Source: Planctomycetota bacterium
Lineage (GTDB): Bacteria > Planctomycetota > UBA1135 > UBA2386
Direction of reading: 5' to 3'
DNA length: 64,000 bases
Assembly (NCBI GenBank): GCA_965228735.1
Contig: OZ245838.1
Coordinates: 256,001 to 320,000 of the forward strand
Both the position numbers and the translations under genes were made by a program. Shown here in pieces: positions 46,645-55,512 of this stretch (its first letter is position 1; every line of letters starts with the position of its first letter). Below the pieces are notes generated by a model, which saw only the letters and a list, made by a program, of their open reading frames with translations, made no database searches and was not told where the DNA came from.

Positions 46645-48278
46645 GCGATCCGGTCGGAGTCGGCGAGCCGGCGACGGCGACGACGACGCGGGCGGGCTGG
46701 GCCCTGGCGCTCGTCGGCGGGCTGCTGCTCGCCGCTGCGATGCCGGGCGTGATCGGCTTCGACCATCTGGCGCCGGTGTTCGTGATTCCCGGCCTCATGG
46801 CGTGGTTCGCGCTCGCGACGGGTGCGCGGCGGCCGCTGCTCACGACGTATCTCTTCGGCGCGCTCGTCATGGCCGTGTTCTCGTGGTCGCTGCATCACGT
46901 GCTCGTGCCGGCATACCTCGCGGTCGTCGTGCTCGGCGCCGGCTACTTCTGGCTCGGCTCGATCGCGACGCGCGTCGCGCCCGCCTCGAAGAGCGGCCTG
47001 CGCATCGTCGCGTTCGCGGCCGCGGTCGCGGGCTCGTTCTGGCTGCGCGCCGCGATGCCCGAGATCTACTACCCGCACGGCCAGCCCGCGCACGCGCTCT
47101 ACCGCTACCCCGTTCTGCTCGGCGCGATCGGCCTCGGGGGTGAGCCGATCGTGAACGCGCTGCTCGCGGCGCTCGCAGCTGCTTTGGTCGAGTGCTGGCG
47201 CGGCTGGCGCGTCGCGGTGCCGGCGTTCGGTGGCGCGCGCGCGCGCCTGATCGTCGCGGCGACCGTGGCGATCCTCGCCACGGTGCTCGGTCACTTCCTG
47301 CGGCCGCAGCGCGCCGGAGTGGGGGAGATCGATGTCCTCGCGATCGAGCCGGGGCTGCACTCGTTCGACCTGCAGATCATGGGGCAGCTCGATCGCCGGC
47401 GGTACGACGCAGCGTTGCGGGGGCTGTTCTTCGAACCGACGCGTCTCGCGTTCGCCGAGCCGTCGCCGCCGGACCTCGTCTGCTGGCCCGAGACGGCGAT
47501 GCCGCTGTTGCCGCCGTTGGCCGAACTCGGAACCCAGATCGGCCTGCCGCGCGGGCTGGCAAGACGTGCCGTCTCGGGCCGCGTGCTGTTCGGCGCTCTC
47601 GTCGGGCGCGACGTCGGCACCACACCCGCGGCGCTGTTGCTCGATCCTCACACCGGCCAAGCGACGGACTGGCAGGGTAAGCGTTGCCTCGTCCCGGGCG
47701 GCGAGTTCATCCCGCTGACCCGCGTGCTGCCGTTCGGGCTCGGCGACCTGATGTTCGACGCGTTCGAGAGCGCGCTCGGTGGCGCGCCCGACTTCGTCGC
47801 GGGTCCGGTCCGGCCACCGCTCGAGCTGCCGGGCGGGCAGCGCTGCGGCACGTTGCTGTGCTACGACAACGCGTTCCCCGGTCCGGCGCGCGCCCAGGTC
47901 GACGCCGGCGCGCAGTTCCTCGTCGTGCTGTCGAACGAATGTTGGTACCAGGGCGGCGCCGAGCTCCAGCAGCTCGTCGCGATGACGGTCTGCCGGGCGC
48001 TCGAGAACGGCGTCGCGGTGCTGCGCTGCACCACGGACGGCTGGTCGGTGCTCGTCGGGCCCGACGGTGGGATCCGCGCCGAGCTGCCGTTGCCGGCGCC
48101 CGCGGGTGGGGGCGGCCGAATTTTGCGGACGAAAGTGCCGCTGGTGGCGCCACCGGAGCGCCCCATGCCATCGTGGCAAGGGGTTTGGGGGCCGCTGCTC
48201 GGGGTTTGGCTCGGTCTCGGGGCCCTGCACAGCCTCTGGCGGTGGGCTAGACTCCGTGTAGCTCGGAACGCTTCCTAG
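46641..48278 (+). CDS. lnt: Apolipoprotein N-acyltransferase
   Basis: Multiple TM helices, then nitrilase-fold motifs WPE, KRCLVPGGE, LLCYD, SNECW, RALENG; GTGA overlap with moeA. Confidence 0.88.
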   Translation: MSDPVGVGEPATATTTRAGWALALVGGLLLAAAMPGVIGFDHLAPVFVIPGLMAWFALATGARRPLLTTYLFGALVMAVFSWSLHHVLVPAYLAVVVLGAGYFWLGSIATRVAPASKSGLRIVAFAAAVAGSFWLRAAMPEIYYPHGQPAHALYRYPVLLGAIGLGGEPIVNALLAALAAALVECWRGWRVAVPAFGGARARLIVAATVAILATVLGHFLRPQRAGVGEIDVLAIEPGLHSFDLQIMGQLDRRRYDAALRGLFFEPTRLAFAEPSPPDLVCWPETAMPLLPPLAELGTQIGLPRGLARRAVSGRVLFGALVGRDVGTTPAALLLDPHTGQATDWQGKRCLVPGGEFIPLTRVLPFGLGDLMFDAFESALGGAPDFVAGPVRPPLELPGGQRCGTLLCYDNAFPGPARAQVDAGAQFLVVLSNECWYQGGAELQQLVAMTVCRALENGVAVLRCTTDGWSVLVGPDGGIRAELPLPAPAGGGGRILRTKVPLVAPPERPMPSWQGVWGPLLGVWLGLGALHSLWRWARLRVARNAS

Positions 48279-48325
48279 GCGTTCGGGCGGTCCGGGATTC
48301 CCCGTATCGCCCGGCGAAGAGGTGC

Positions 48326-48353
48326 TTGACGGGTCCCTGCACGAAGTTACGAT
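48326..48353 (+). promoter_or_regulatory. Putative sigma-70 promoter with ~200-nt leader
   Basis: TTGACG-16 nt-TACGAT; downstream AGGAG (48536-48540) before ATG 48556. Confidence 0.55.
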
Positions 48354-48555
48354 TCCGCCGCCCTAGGCCCCTCTCGCTGTGGGTGCGGTAAGCTTTCGCG
48401 CCGGGCCGGCTCGCGCCTCCTGGTCGTTCCATCCGCCTCCAACCCGATTCGCTGTCACGAGATAGCATTCGACCCGCTTCAAACCCCTCTGCTACCTAGC
48501 CCTTCCGTCAAGAGCCTGCGTCTTGACCGCAAGTTAGGAGAAACCTGCTCTAACC

Positions 48556-49425
48556 ATGAGTCCCATCGGCCGCGTATTCATCGTTCTCAACCTCGCGCTC
48601 GCGGGTGGCTTCGTGTTCTTCGCGGGCACGCACCTGCAAGCCAAGCAAAACTACAAGTCCGAGCTCGAGGCCAAGACGGCCGACTGGGCCGAGAAGGAGA
48701 AGGGCTTCAACGCCCAGATCACCCAGCTCCAGACCGAACGCGGTCAGCTCGAGGTCGCCAAGACCCAGCGCGAGACGGAGCTCAACGGCATCAAGGTCGC
48801 GCTCGACGACGCGCGCGACGAGAACAAGCGCCTCACGGAGCAGAACGCTTCGCTCGAGGGTGACATCAAGCAGCTCGTGACGGCCGCCGAGGCCAGCAAC
48901 GCGCAGAGCAAGTCGGCGTTCGACACCGCGACCGCCGCGTTCGAGAAGGCGCAGGCCGACGCCTCGGCCAAGGACGCCGCGATCCGTGAGAAGGACGCCG
49001 CGGTCGCCGAGAACCGCACGCTGAAGAACACGATCGAAGAGCTCAACTCGACGGTCCAGGACAAGGACATGCAGCTCGCCGACCTCGCCAAGGAGCGCAA
49101 CGAGCTCTCCCTGCTGGTCGCGGTCGCCGAGGAGAACGGCTTCGTTCCGGGTCTCGCCGCGCCGACGCTCGCGGGCAGCGTGTTCCACGTCGCCAACAAC
49201 CGCCTGTGCTCGATCCAGATCACGGACAACCCGAACAACGTCGACATCGCCGACCAGATCGCGAAGCGCAAGTTCAGCTTCGCCATCTACGACGCCTCCT
49301 CGGGCTACAAGGGCGAAGCCGTCGCGACCTCCTACAGCTCGGAAGAGAACGTCGTCATGTGCCGCCTGATCCCGCACAAGGGCGAGATCCAGAAGGGCGA
49401 CAAGGCCTCGACGAAGACTCCGTAG
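48556..49425 (+). CDS. Membrane-anchored coiled-coil protein with C-terminal beta domain
   Basis: TM IGRVFIVLNLALAGGFVFFAG; long heptad-rich segment; beta-rich tail ending EIQKGDKAST; strongly biased codons. Confidence 0.85.
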   Translation: MSPIGRVFIVLNLALAGGFVFFAGTHLQAKQNYKSELEAKTADWAEKEKGFNAQITQLQTERGQLEVAKTQRETELNGIKVALDDARDENKRLTEQNASLEGDIKQLVTAAEASNAQSKSAFDTATAAFEKAQADASAKDAAIREKDAAVAENRTLKNTIEELNSTVQDKDMQLADLAKERNELSLLVAVAEENGFVPGLAAPTLAGSVFHVANNRLCSIQITDNPNNVDIADQIAKRKFSFAIYDASSGYKGEAVATSYSSEENVVMCRLIPHKGEIQKGDKASTKTP

Positions 49426-49477
49426 GAGTCCCGGCCTTTCCCCTTCTCACCCAAGAGCATCCAAGGAGACGTTCACC

Positions 49478-49639
49478 ATGGCTTCCAAGCGCAAGTCCAA
49501 CGCGGCTGCTTCGACGGACGTCGAAGTGGTCGACAAGCCCGGCATGGGCCTCGACGAAGGCATCGTCCTGATGACGACCTTCCTGCTGATCGGCGCGATC
49601 GCGTTCGTGATCATCGCCAACGGCAAGTACGGCGTGTAG
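49478..49639 (+). CDS. Small single-pass membrane protein (53 aa), absent from the ORF track
   Basis: SD AAGGAG (49463-49468); MASKRKSNAAASTDVEVVDKPGMGLDEGIVLMTTFLLIGAIAFVIIANGKYGV*; host-like GC3 bias. Confidence 0.8.
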   Translation: MASKRKSNAAASTDVEVVDKPGMGLDEGIVLMTTFLLIGAIAFVIIANGKYGV

Positions 49640-49648
49640 GGACGGTTC

Positions 49649-49710
49649 CCCGCTCGCCGCGGGGGCGTTCCCCCGCTCGCCGCGGGGGCGGCCCGCTCGC
49701 CGCGGGGGCG
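49649..49710. repeat. Three tandem copies of a 19-bp hairpin unit
   Basis: CCCGCTCGCCGCGGGGGCG at 49649-49667, 49672-49690 and 49692-49710. Confidence 0.9.
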
Positions 49711-50026
49711 GTTCAGCCCTCGCGACGGGAGCGGCTAGCGGTCGCCCTTCTCCCGGGCGATCGAAACCCACCTCGCGGATTCCACGAGGTTTCCACAGCC
49801 CGACTGGCGCGGCCGCCAGCCGGGCTCGTTCATGTACGGGAAGGTCGCGAAGTATCCGTTGCGACCGGAGAGCAGCCTGCTACCGTGGGCTCGGCTCGGG
49901 GAATCTGCCGCACGGTCTGCGCCGGATTCCAGGTCATCGAGCCCGCCGTTTGGTCAACGGCGTTCGTGTCTGCAACGGTCAACTATCCCGGCATCGAGCC
50001 ACTCCTCGATCCGGGTGAGGTCCTAG

Positions 50027-51085
50027 ATGTTCAAACCGATCGAGTGGGTGTTGAGCGGCTTCTCCGTCGATCTCGGGATCGACCTCGGCACCGCCAATAC
50101 CCTCGTGTTCGTGCGTGATCGCGGAGTCGTCCTCGACGAGCCCTCCGTCGTCGCGGTGCGCAAGGGCACCAACGAAGTCCTGCTCGACGGCATGGCCGTC
50201 GGCGATGCCGCGCTCGAGTATCTCGGTCGCACGCCGCCCGGCATGCAGGCGGTGCGGCCGATGAAGAGCGGCGTGATCGCCGACTTCGAGATCACCGAGA
50301 AGATGCTGCGCTACTTCATGCGCAAGGCGGTCGGTGGTCGGCGGCTCGTCAAACCGCGGCTCGTGATCGCGGTGCCGTACGGCATCACGATGGTCGAGAA
50401 GCGCGCGGTCATCGGCAGCGCCGAGCGCGCGGGCGCGCGGCGGGTGTTCCTCGTCGACGAGCCGACCGCGGCGGCGATCGGTTCGGGGCTGCCCGTGCAC
50501 GAGCCGCGCGGCACGATGATCGTCGACATCGGCGGCGGCACGAGCGAGGTCGCGGTGATCTCGCTCGCCAACGTCGTGATCGCCGAAGCGGTGCGCGTCG
50601 CGGGCGACGACTTCAACGAGTCGATCCAGCAGTACATCCGGGCGAAGTACAACCTGCTGATCGGCGAGATCACGGCCGAACGCCTCAAGATCGCGGCGGG
50701 CAGCTGCCTGCCGCTCGAAGAAGAACTCGAGGTCGAGATTCGCGGGCGCGACTCGCTCGTCAACCTGCCGCGCCGCACCGTGATCTCGTCGGCCGACGTG
50801 CGCGAGGCGCTCATGGAGCCGGTGCGCAAGGTCATCGGCGCGATCAAGGCCGTGCTCGAGAAGACGCCGCCCGAGCTCGCGGCCGACCTCGTCGACTCGG
50901 GCATCACGCTGTGCGGCGGTGGTTCGCTGCTCCGCGGTCTGCCCGAGATGATCGCGCGCGAGACCGAGCTCGATGTCACGGTCGCAGAGCGGCCGCTCGA
51001 GGCCGTCGCGCGCGGCACCGGCATCTTCCTCGAGAACCTCGAGCTCTATTCGCAGTTCCTCGAAGGCGGCGAGGATCTCGCGTAG
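50027..51085 (+). CDS. mreB: Rod shape-determining actin homolog MreB
   Basis: N-terminal amphipathic MFKPIEWVLSGF; GIDLGTANT, EPSVVA, GVIADF, DIGGGT, TPPELAAD, GGGSLL. Confidence 0.97.
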   Translation: MFKPIEWVLSGFSVDLGIDLGTANTLVFVRDRGVVLDEPSVVAVRKGTNEVLLDGMAVGDAALEYLGRTPPGMQAVRPMKSGVIADFEITEKMLRYFMRKAVGGRRLVKPRLVIAVPYGITMVEKRAVIGSAERAGARRVFLVDEPTAAAIGSGLPVHEPRGTMIVDIGGGTSEVAVISLANVVIAEAVRVAGDDFNESIQQYIRAKYNLLIGEITAERLKIAAGSCLPLEEELEVEIRGRDSLVNLPRRTVISSADVREALMEPVRKVIGAIKAVLEKTPPELAADLVDSGITLCGGGSLLRGLPEMIARETELDVTVAERPLEAVARGTGIFLENLELYSQFLEGGEDLA

Positions 51086-51219
51086 AGTGACCGATCGCGT
51101 CGCCCGGGCGACCACCCGGAACGGCGCCTGGCGGTGAGCGGGCGGGCTCGTCGCCGTGGTGATCCAGGCGGCCGTCGGCGTTCGGCGGCCGCGTTTGTCC
51201 AGGCAGGTGGGAGGCGAGC

Positions 51220-52611
51220 GTGCAGCAGACGAAGGCGGCGTTTCCGGCAGGGCTCTACGGCATGCTGCTGATCGCCGTGTTCGGGCTCACGTTGCCGTCG
51301 CTGTTCGTGCCGGTCGAACGCGTGCTCGTCGGCTCGGCCGCGCTCGTGCCGCGCGTCCTCGGCTACTGGTCCGGAGAACCTGTCGCCGCGGCCGGCGAGA
51401 AGGACCTCGAGCGCCTCCAGAATCTCCGTGCGGATCTCGACGCGGCAGTGCGACATCACGACGTCTACGGCGCGGAGTCGCTGATGCCGGCAGGCTGGCA
51501 GCCGCTCGTGTGCGCGGCCGTCGCGACCGACCGGCGCGGCGGCGGCGGTCAGCCCTCCGTCGTGCGGCTCGATCGCACGTACGCCGAGGTGCAGGGCTGC
51601 AGCGAGTTCGTCACCAAGGGCGATGCGTTGCTCGGGTTCCTCCTGCGGCCCGGCGTCGGCCTCGCGGCGAAGGACCGACCCGAGGACTTCGCGCGCGTGC
51701 AGCTGCTCAACGACCGGGCGGCGCGCAGCGTCGCCGCCGGCATGGCGTTCCCGGGGGGCGGCACGTTGCGCATGATCATCGGGCCGGCTGCACGCGTCGA
51801 TGCGGCGGCGCTCAAGGCGGAGCTCTGGGACGATCCGTATCGCGCGTCGGCGATGAAGGAGAGCGGCTACGCGGTGCACACGCTGCGCCTCGCCGGCGTC
51901 GCGAACGAACCCCCGGGCGGGCTGCTGCTCGGCCGCACCGTCATCTGGGGCTACGACGAGACGCCGGACGGCGCGCCGCTGACGATCGGCGTGCTCGTCG
52001 CGCCGCCCGTCGACCCGCAGGCGCTGTCGCACGTCGTCTTGTGGCAGAGCAGCGCGGCGGGGCGCTCCGTCGGCGCGGGCTCGGCGCTGCCGCCAACAGT
52101 GCGCGCTGCGGAGCTCTCCGAGCATCCGGCCACGGTCTGGGACCTGCCGGGCGCCCGCGGCCGTCACCTCGTCGCGTGCGACGCGTCGATCCCGGACGGC
52201 GCGGCGGTCGTGCAGGACGGACTGTTCCTCGGCACGGCCCGCGGGTTGTCGTTCGGGCTCGGTCTCGTGTCGTCGTTCGCCCTGTCGCGCCAACGGTGGA
52301 GCCTGCTGCTGCTGCCGCACGCGCCCGAAGCGCGCCCGCGGGAGCTCGTCGCCGAGGTGCTCGAGGGGCAGCAAGGGCGGGCGTTGCTGCGTTGCTCCGT
52401 CGATCGCTTCCTGCCCGCGGGTGAGGGGCTCAACGAGGGCTACCTCTTCACCGGCAGCAACGGGCGGCACTGTCCCGCGGGCCTCTGGCTCGGCACCGCG
52501 CGGCCGGTGCCCGGCTGGCCCGAGTATCTCGAGGTCACGCTGCCCGTGATGCGCGGGCCGCGGGCGGCAGCCGTGCTCGTGCAGGACGCGATCCCCGAGG
52601 TCCCGCGATGA
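51220..52611 (+). CDS. mreC: Divergent MreC-like protein with apparent tandem periplasmic domains
   Basis: Position after mreB; TM + short coil; two MreC-like blocks ending PPGGLLLGRT and TGSNGRHCPAGLWLGT; SD GGGAGG before GTG. Confidence 0.65.
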   Translation: MQQTKAAFPAGLYGMLLIAVFGLTLPSLFVPVERVLVGSAALVPRVLGYWSGEPVAAAGEKDLERLQNLRADLDAAVRHHDVYGAESLMPAGWQPLVCAAVATDRRGGGGQPSVVRLDRTYAEVQGCSEFVTKGDALLGFLLRPGVGLAAKDRPEDFARVQLLNDRAARSVAAGMAFPGGGTLRMIIGPAARVDAAALKAELWDDPYRASAMKESGYAVHTLRLAGVANEPPGGLLLGRTVIWGYDETPDGAPLTIGVLVAPPVDPQALSHVVLWQSSAAGRSVGAGSALPPTVRAAELSEHPATVWDLPGARGRHLVACDASIPDGAAVVQDGLFLGTARGLSFGLGLVSSFALSRQRWSLLLLPHAPEARPRELVAEVLEGQQGRALLRCSVDRFLPAGEGLNEGYLFTGSNGRHCPAGLWLGTARPVPGWPEYLEVTLPVMRGPRAAAVLVQDAIPEVPR

Positions 52612-53090
52612 GGCGCTGGTTGCTCTGGTTCCTCGTCGCGCCGCAGACCTACCTGCTGTTCGGGTTGTTGCGCGATCTCGGTGTGCCGCTCGACGCGACG
52701 GTGCTGCACTGCCTGTTCCTCGCGTTCTTCGCGGATCGGCGCGCGCTCGCCGGCCTGCTGCTCGGCGCCGCGCTCGGGCGTGCGCTCGTCGACGAGGCCG
52801 GGCTCTGCGTGCACCTGCTCGTGATCGGTGCACCCGTTGCGCTGCTCCTGCCGCTGCGGAGCTGGTTCTTCGGGCAGCGCTGGATCTGGCAGGCGACGAC
52901 CGCCGCGCTCATCGCGTTCGCGATCCCGCGGCTGTCGGGTTGGATCGGTGATCTGTTCGACCAGCCGTCCACGGGGGCGGTGTTCGACGGTTACGTCGTG
53001 CTGACGTCCGCCATCTTCCTGCCGCCGCTGCTGTGGTGTCTGCGCGCGGTGCCGCCGTTCTCGGCGTTCGAGGAGGATGAGCCGCAGTGA
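52608..53090 (+). CDS. mreD: MreD-like integral membrane protein
   Basis: 160 aa, almost entirely hydrophobic, LGRALVD pattern; lies between the mreC-like gene and PBP2; ATGA overlap. Confidence 0.7.
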   Translation: MRRWLLWFLVAPQTYLLFGLLRDLGVPLDATVLHCLFLAFFADRRALAGLLLGAALGRALVDEAGLCVHLLVIGAPVALLLPLRSWFFGQRWIWQATTAALIAFAIPRLSGWIGDLFDQPSTGAVFDGYVVLTSAIFLPPLLWCLRAVPPFSAFEEDEPQ

Positions 53091-53115
53091 GGTCGCCCTT
53101 CGTGCAGGAGTTGCG

Positions 53116-55512
53116 GTGAAGACGACCTCGCAAGAACGCATCGGCTGGCTCGGTCTGCTGTTCCTCGGCGCGGGCGCCGTCGTGCTCGTTCACCTGCTGC
53201 TCGTCATGGTGCTCGAGCACGACGTGTGGGCCGCGCGCAGTCACCAGAACCGGTGGGCGTTCCGGTCGGTCCCGAGCTTGCGTGGCGCGATCCACGATCG
53301 CCAGGGCCGCGTGCTGCGCTACGACGAGCCGAAGATGGCGGTCGCGATCTACTACCTGCGATTTCGGCTTCGGCACCCGGTCGGCGCGGCCGTGCATGGC
53401 GCGACGACCTGGGCGCGGCAGCACGAGGGGCGCGAGCTCGTGATGTACAGCTACAAGCCGGGGATCCTCGGACCCGCGACCGCAGCGCGTGATCTGCTCG
53501 CGATGCCGGTGCGTGTCTTCGGTCCCGATGGGCTCGACAAGGACGCCCGGAGCGAGCTCGCGACGTGCGTGACCACCGTGCTGTCGGGCACGACGGGCAT
53601 GACGCGGCGCGCGGTCTACACCGCGCTGCGCGAGGCGGCCGAGGCGTTCCCCGGATTGCCGTGCGGCGACGTGCTCGCCGACTTCTCGCGCGCCGACGTG
53701 CTCGCGGCCTACGACGAGCAGCTCGCGGCGCTGCAGCGTTTCGATCGGGAGCTCCTGCTCGACCCGTCGACACAGCGGAGCGAGGTGCGACCGGGTCTGA
53801 TGGCGCGGCTCGAGTGGCTCTGCAAGGCGAGCCTCGAAGAGCGGGCGCTGACGTTCAAGGACGAGCACGGCAAGGAGCGCGAGGGCGAGCGCTACGAGAC
53901 GATGGAGTGGCCGATCGCCGAGTTCGTGCCGTTCGCGCTGGCCGCGCCGCTGCGGGTCGGCGCGCGCGCGCATCCGGGGCTGCGCGTTCGCCCCGGTGTG
54001 CAGCGGCTGTCGACGGAGGCCGGCGGGCTGTCGCTCGACGCGCTGCTCGGCATCGTGAAGGACGTCGGCCGGGTCGAGCCCGAAGGCTGGATGGACCGCT
54101 TCATGGCGCGCGAGCTCGAGGACCAGTGGCTCGACGAGATGGTGCCCGAGGCGGCGGCCGCGTCCGCGGCCGACCGCGAGCAGATGCGACGGAACGCCAA
54201 GCGCAGCTTCGCGAACATGACGCGACGCTACGAACGACGCGGCATCGCCGGCGTGGAGGCCGCGTTCGACGACACGCTGAGCGGCCGGCTCGGCATGCGC
54301 CTCGTCGAGCGCGACAGTCAGCAGCGCGAGCAGCTGATGTGGAGCAGTCTGCGGGTGAAGTCGGGCGAGGACGTGCGCATCACGATCGACGTCGAGCTGC
54401 AGGTGATCGCGGAGCGGCTCGTGGCGGCGGCGCAGCAGCGGGCGCTTCTGGAACACGGCGCGATCGACGAGAAGCGGGCAGAGCGCGTGCAGGCAGCGCT
54501 CGCGGTCATCGATGCCCGGACCGGGGACGTCCTCGCTTACGCGGGCGCGCCGGCGGAAGGCAAGACCGCCCGCACGCTGCCCGGGTCCACGTGGGTGAGC
54601 AATGGTGCACTGGGCTCCGTGGTCAAGCCGTTCGTGTTGCTCGAGCAGCTGATCAGTGAGACCGTCGGGCGGCCGCACGTGTCGCTGGCCGAGGTGCACA
54701 CCTGCGACGGCAAGGACTTCGTGTACGGCGGCACGAAGTTGCGCGGGTGTCGTGGCCACGCGCATTGGGACGCGGGGAAGGATCCCGAGCTCGCGCTCGC
54801 GCAGTCGTGCAACACGTTCTTCTACCAGCTGTCGCTGGGCCTGCAGAAGGACGGCGTGGACCGCGCGTTGCAGCGGGTCGGCCTGCTGCCGGCCCCCGAG
54901 GGGCACGAGTGTCGTGCATGCTGGCAGCCGCGGGTGCAGGGGGTGCCCTGGGCGCGGCCTCGATACCAAAGAGCGACGCTGCCGCAGCACGCGATCGGCT
55001 ACGGGGTCGCGGCATCCCCGCTGGCCGTAGCGCGGGCCTACGCGGCGCTCGGTACCGGTCGACTGCCGACTCTCGGGCTGCGCGCAGGAGAGTCGCGGCC
55101 GGGCATCGAATTCTCGGACATGGGGCCGGAGCTCGAACTCGTGCGCCGTGGGCTCGAGCGCTGTGTGACCACGGGTACCGCGCGGAGCGTGCCGGGGCTC
55201 CAGCGTTTTCGCGTTCACGGCAAGACCGGCACCGCGGAGATTGGGCCGAAGACGGACGCCGCGGGCAACAAGCGCCTGCCCGAGAACAACGCGTGGTTCG
55301 CGGGCTACCTCCCGTGGGCCGCGCAGGATGGCGTCCAGCTCGCGTTCTGTTCGGTCATCTACTGGGTCACCGACGGTGTCCACGGTGGTGACGCCGCGGG
55401 TGGTGTCGTGGCCGACTTCCTCGAGGAGGTGTTCGCCCGCCCAGAGCTCGCGCAGCGCTACATCGAGCCGGGCGGCGGCGGCGCCGTGCCCCTCGGAGAC
55501 TCCGGCCGATGA
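53116..55512 (+). CDS. mrdA: Class B penicillin-binding protein (PBP2-like)
   Basis: N-terminal TM; RGAIHDRQG, GVEAAFDDTLSG, GEDVRITIDVELQ; SxxK (SVVK), SxN (SCN), KTG. GTG 53116 follows AGGAG; ATG 53077 is an alternative start. Confidence 0.9.
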   Translation: MKTTSQERIGWLGLLFLGAGAVVLVHLLLVMVLEHDVWAARSHQNRWAFRSVPSLRGAIHDRQGRVLRYDEPKMAVAIYYLRFRLRHPVGAAVHGATTWARQHEGRELVMYSYKPGILGPATAARDLLAMPVRVFGPDGLDKDARSELATCVTTVLSGTTGMTRRAVYTALREAAEAFPGLPCGDVLADFSRADVLAAYDEQLAALQRFDRELLLDPSTQRSEVRPGLMARLEWLCKASLEERALTFKDEHGKEREGERYETMEWPIAEFVPFALAAPLRVGARAHPGLRVRPGVQRLSTEAGGLSLDALLGIVKDVGRVEPEGWMDRFMARELEDQWLDEMVPEAAAASAADREQMRRNAKRSFANMTRRYERRGIAGVEAAFDDTLSGRLGMRLVERDSQQREQLMWSSLRVKSGEDVRITIDVELQVIAERLVAAAQQRALLEHGAIDEKRAERVQAALAVIDARTGDVLAYAGAPAEGKTARTLPGSTWVSNGALGSVVKPFVLLEQLISETVGRPHVSLAEVHTCDGKDFVYGGTKLRGCRGHAHWDAGKDPELALAQSCNTFFYQLSLGLQKDGVDRALQRVGLLPAPEGHECRACWQPRVQGVPWARPRYQRATLPQHAIGYGVAASPLAVARAYAALGTGRLPTLGLRAGESRPGIEFSDMGPELELVRRGLERCVTTGTARSVPGLQRFRVHGKTGTAEIGPKTDAAGNKRLPENNAWFAGYLPWAAQDGVQLAFCSVIYWVTDGVHGGDAAGGVVADFLEEVFARPELAQRYIEPGGGGAVPLGDSGR

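Noticed and set aside
49646..49710. CRISPR array
   Set aside because: Units are 19 bp with 1-4 nt gaps; no spacers and no cas genes in the window.
49780..49800. DnaA-box-like GTTTCCACA upstream of mreB
   Set aside because: Single imperfect match, no AT-rich unwinding region; expected by chance.
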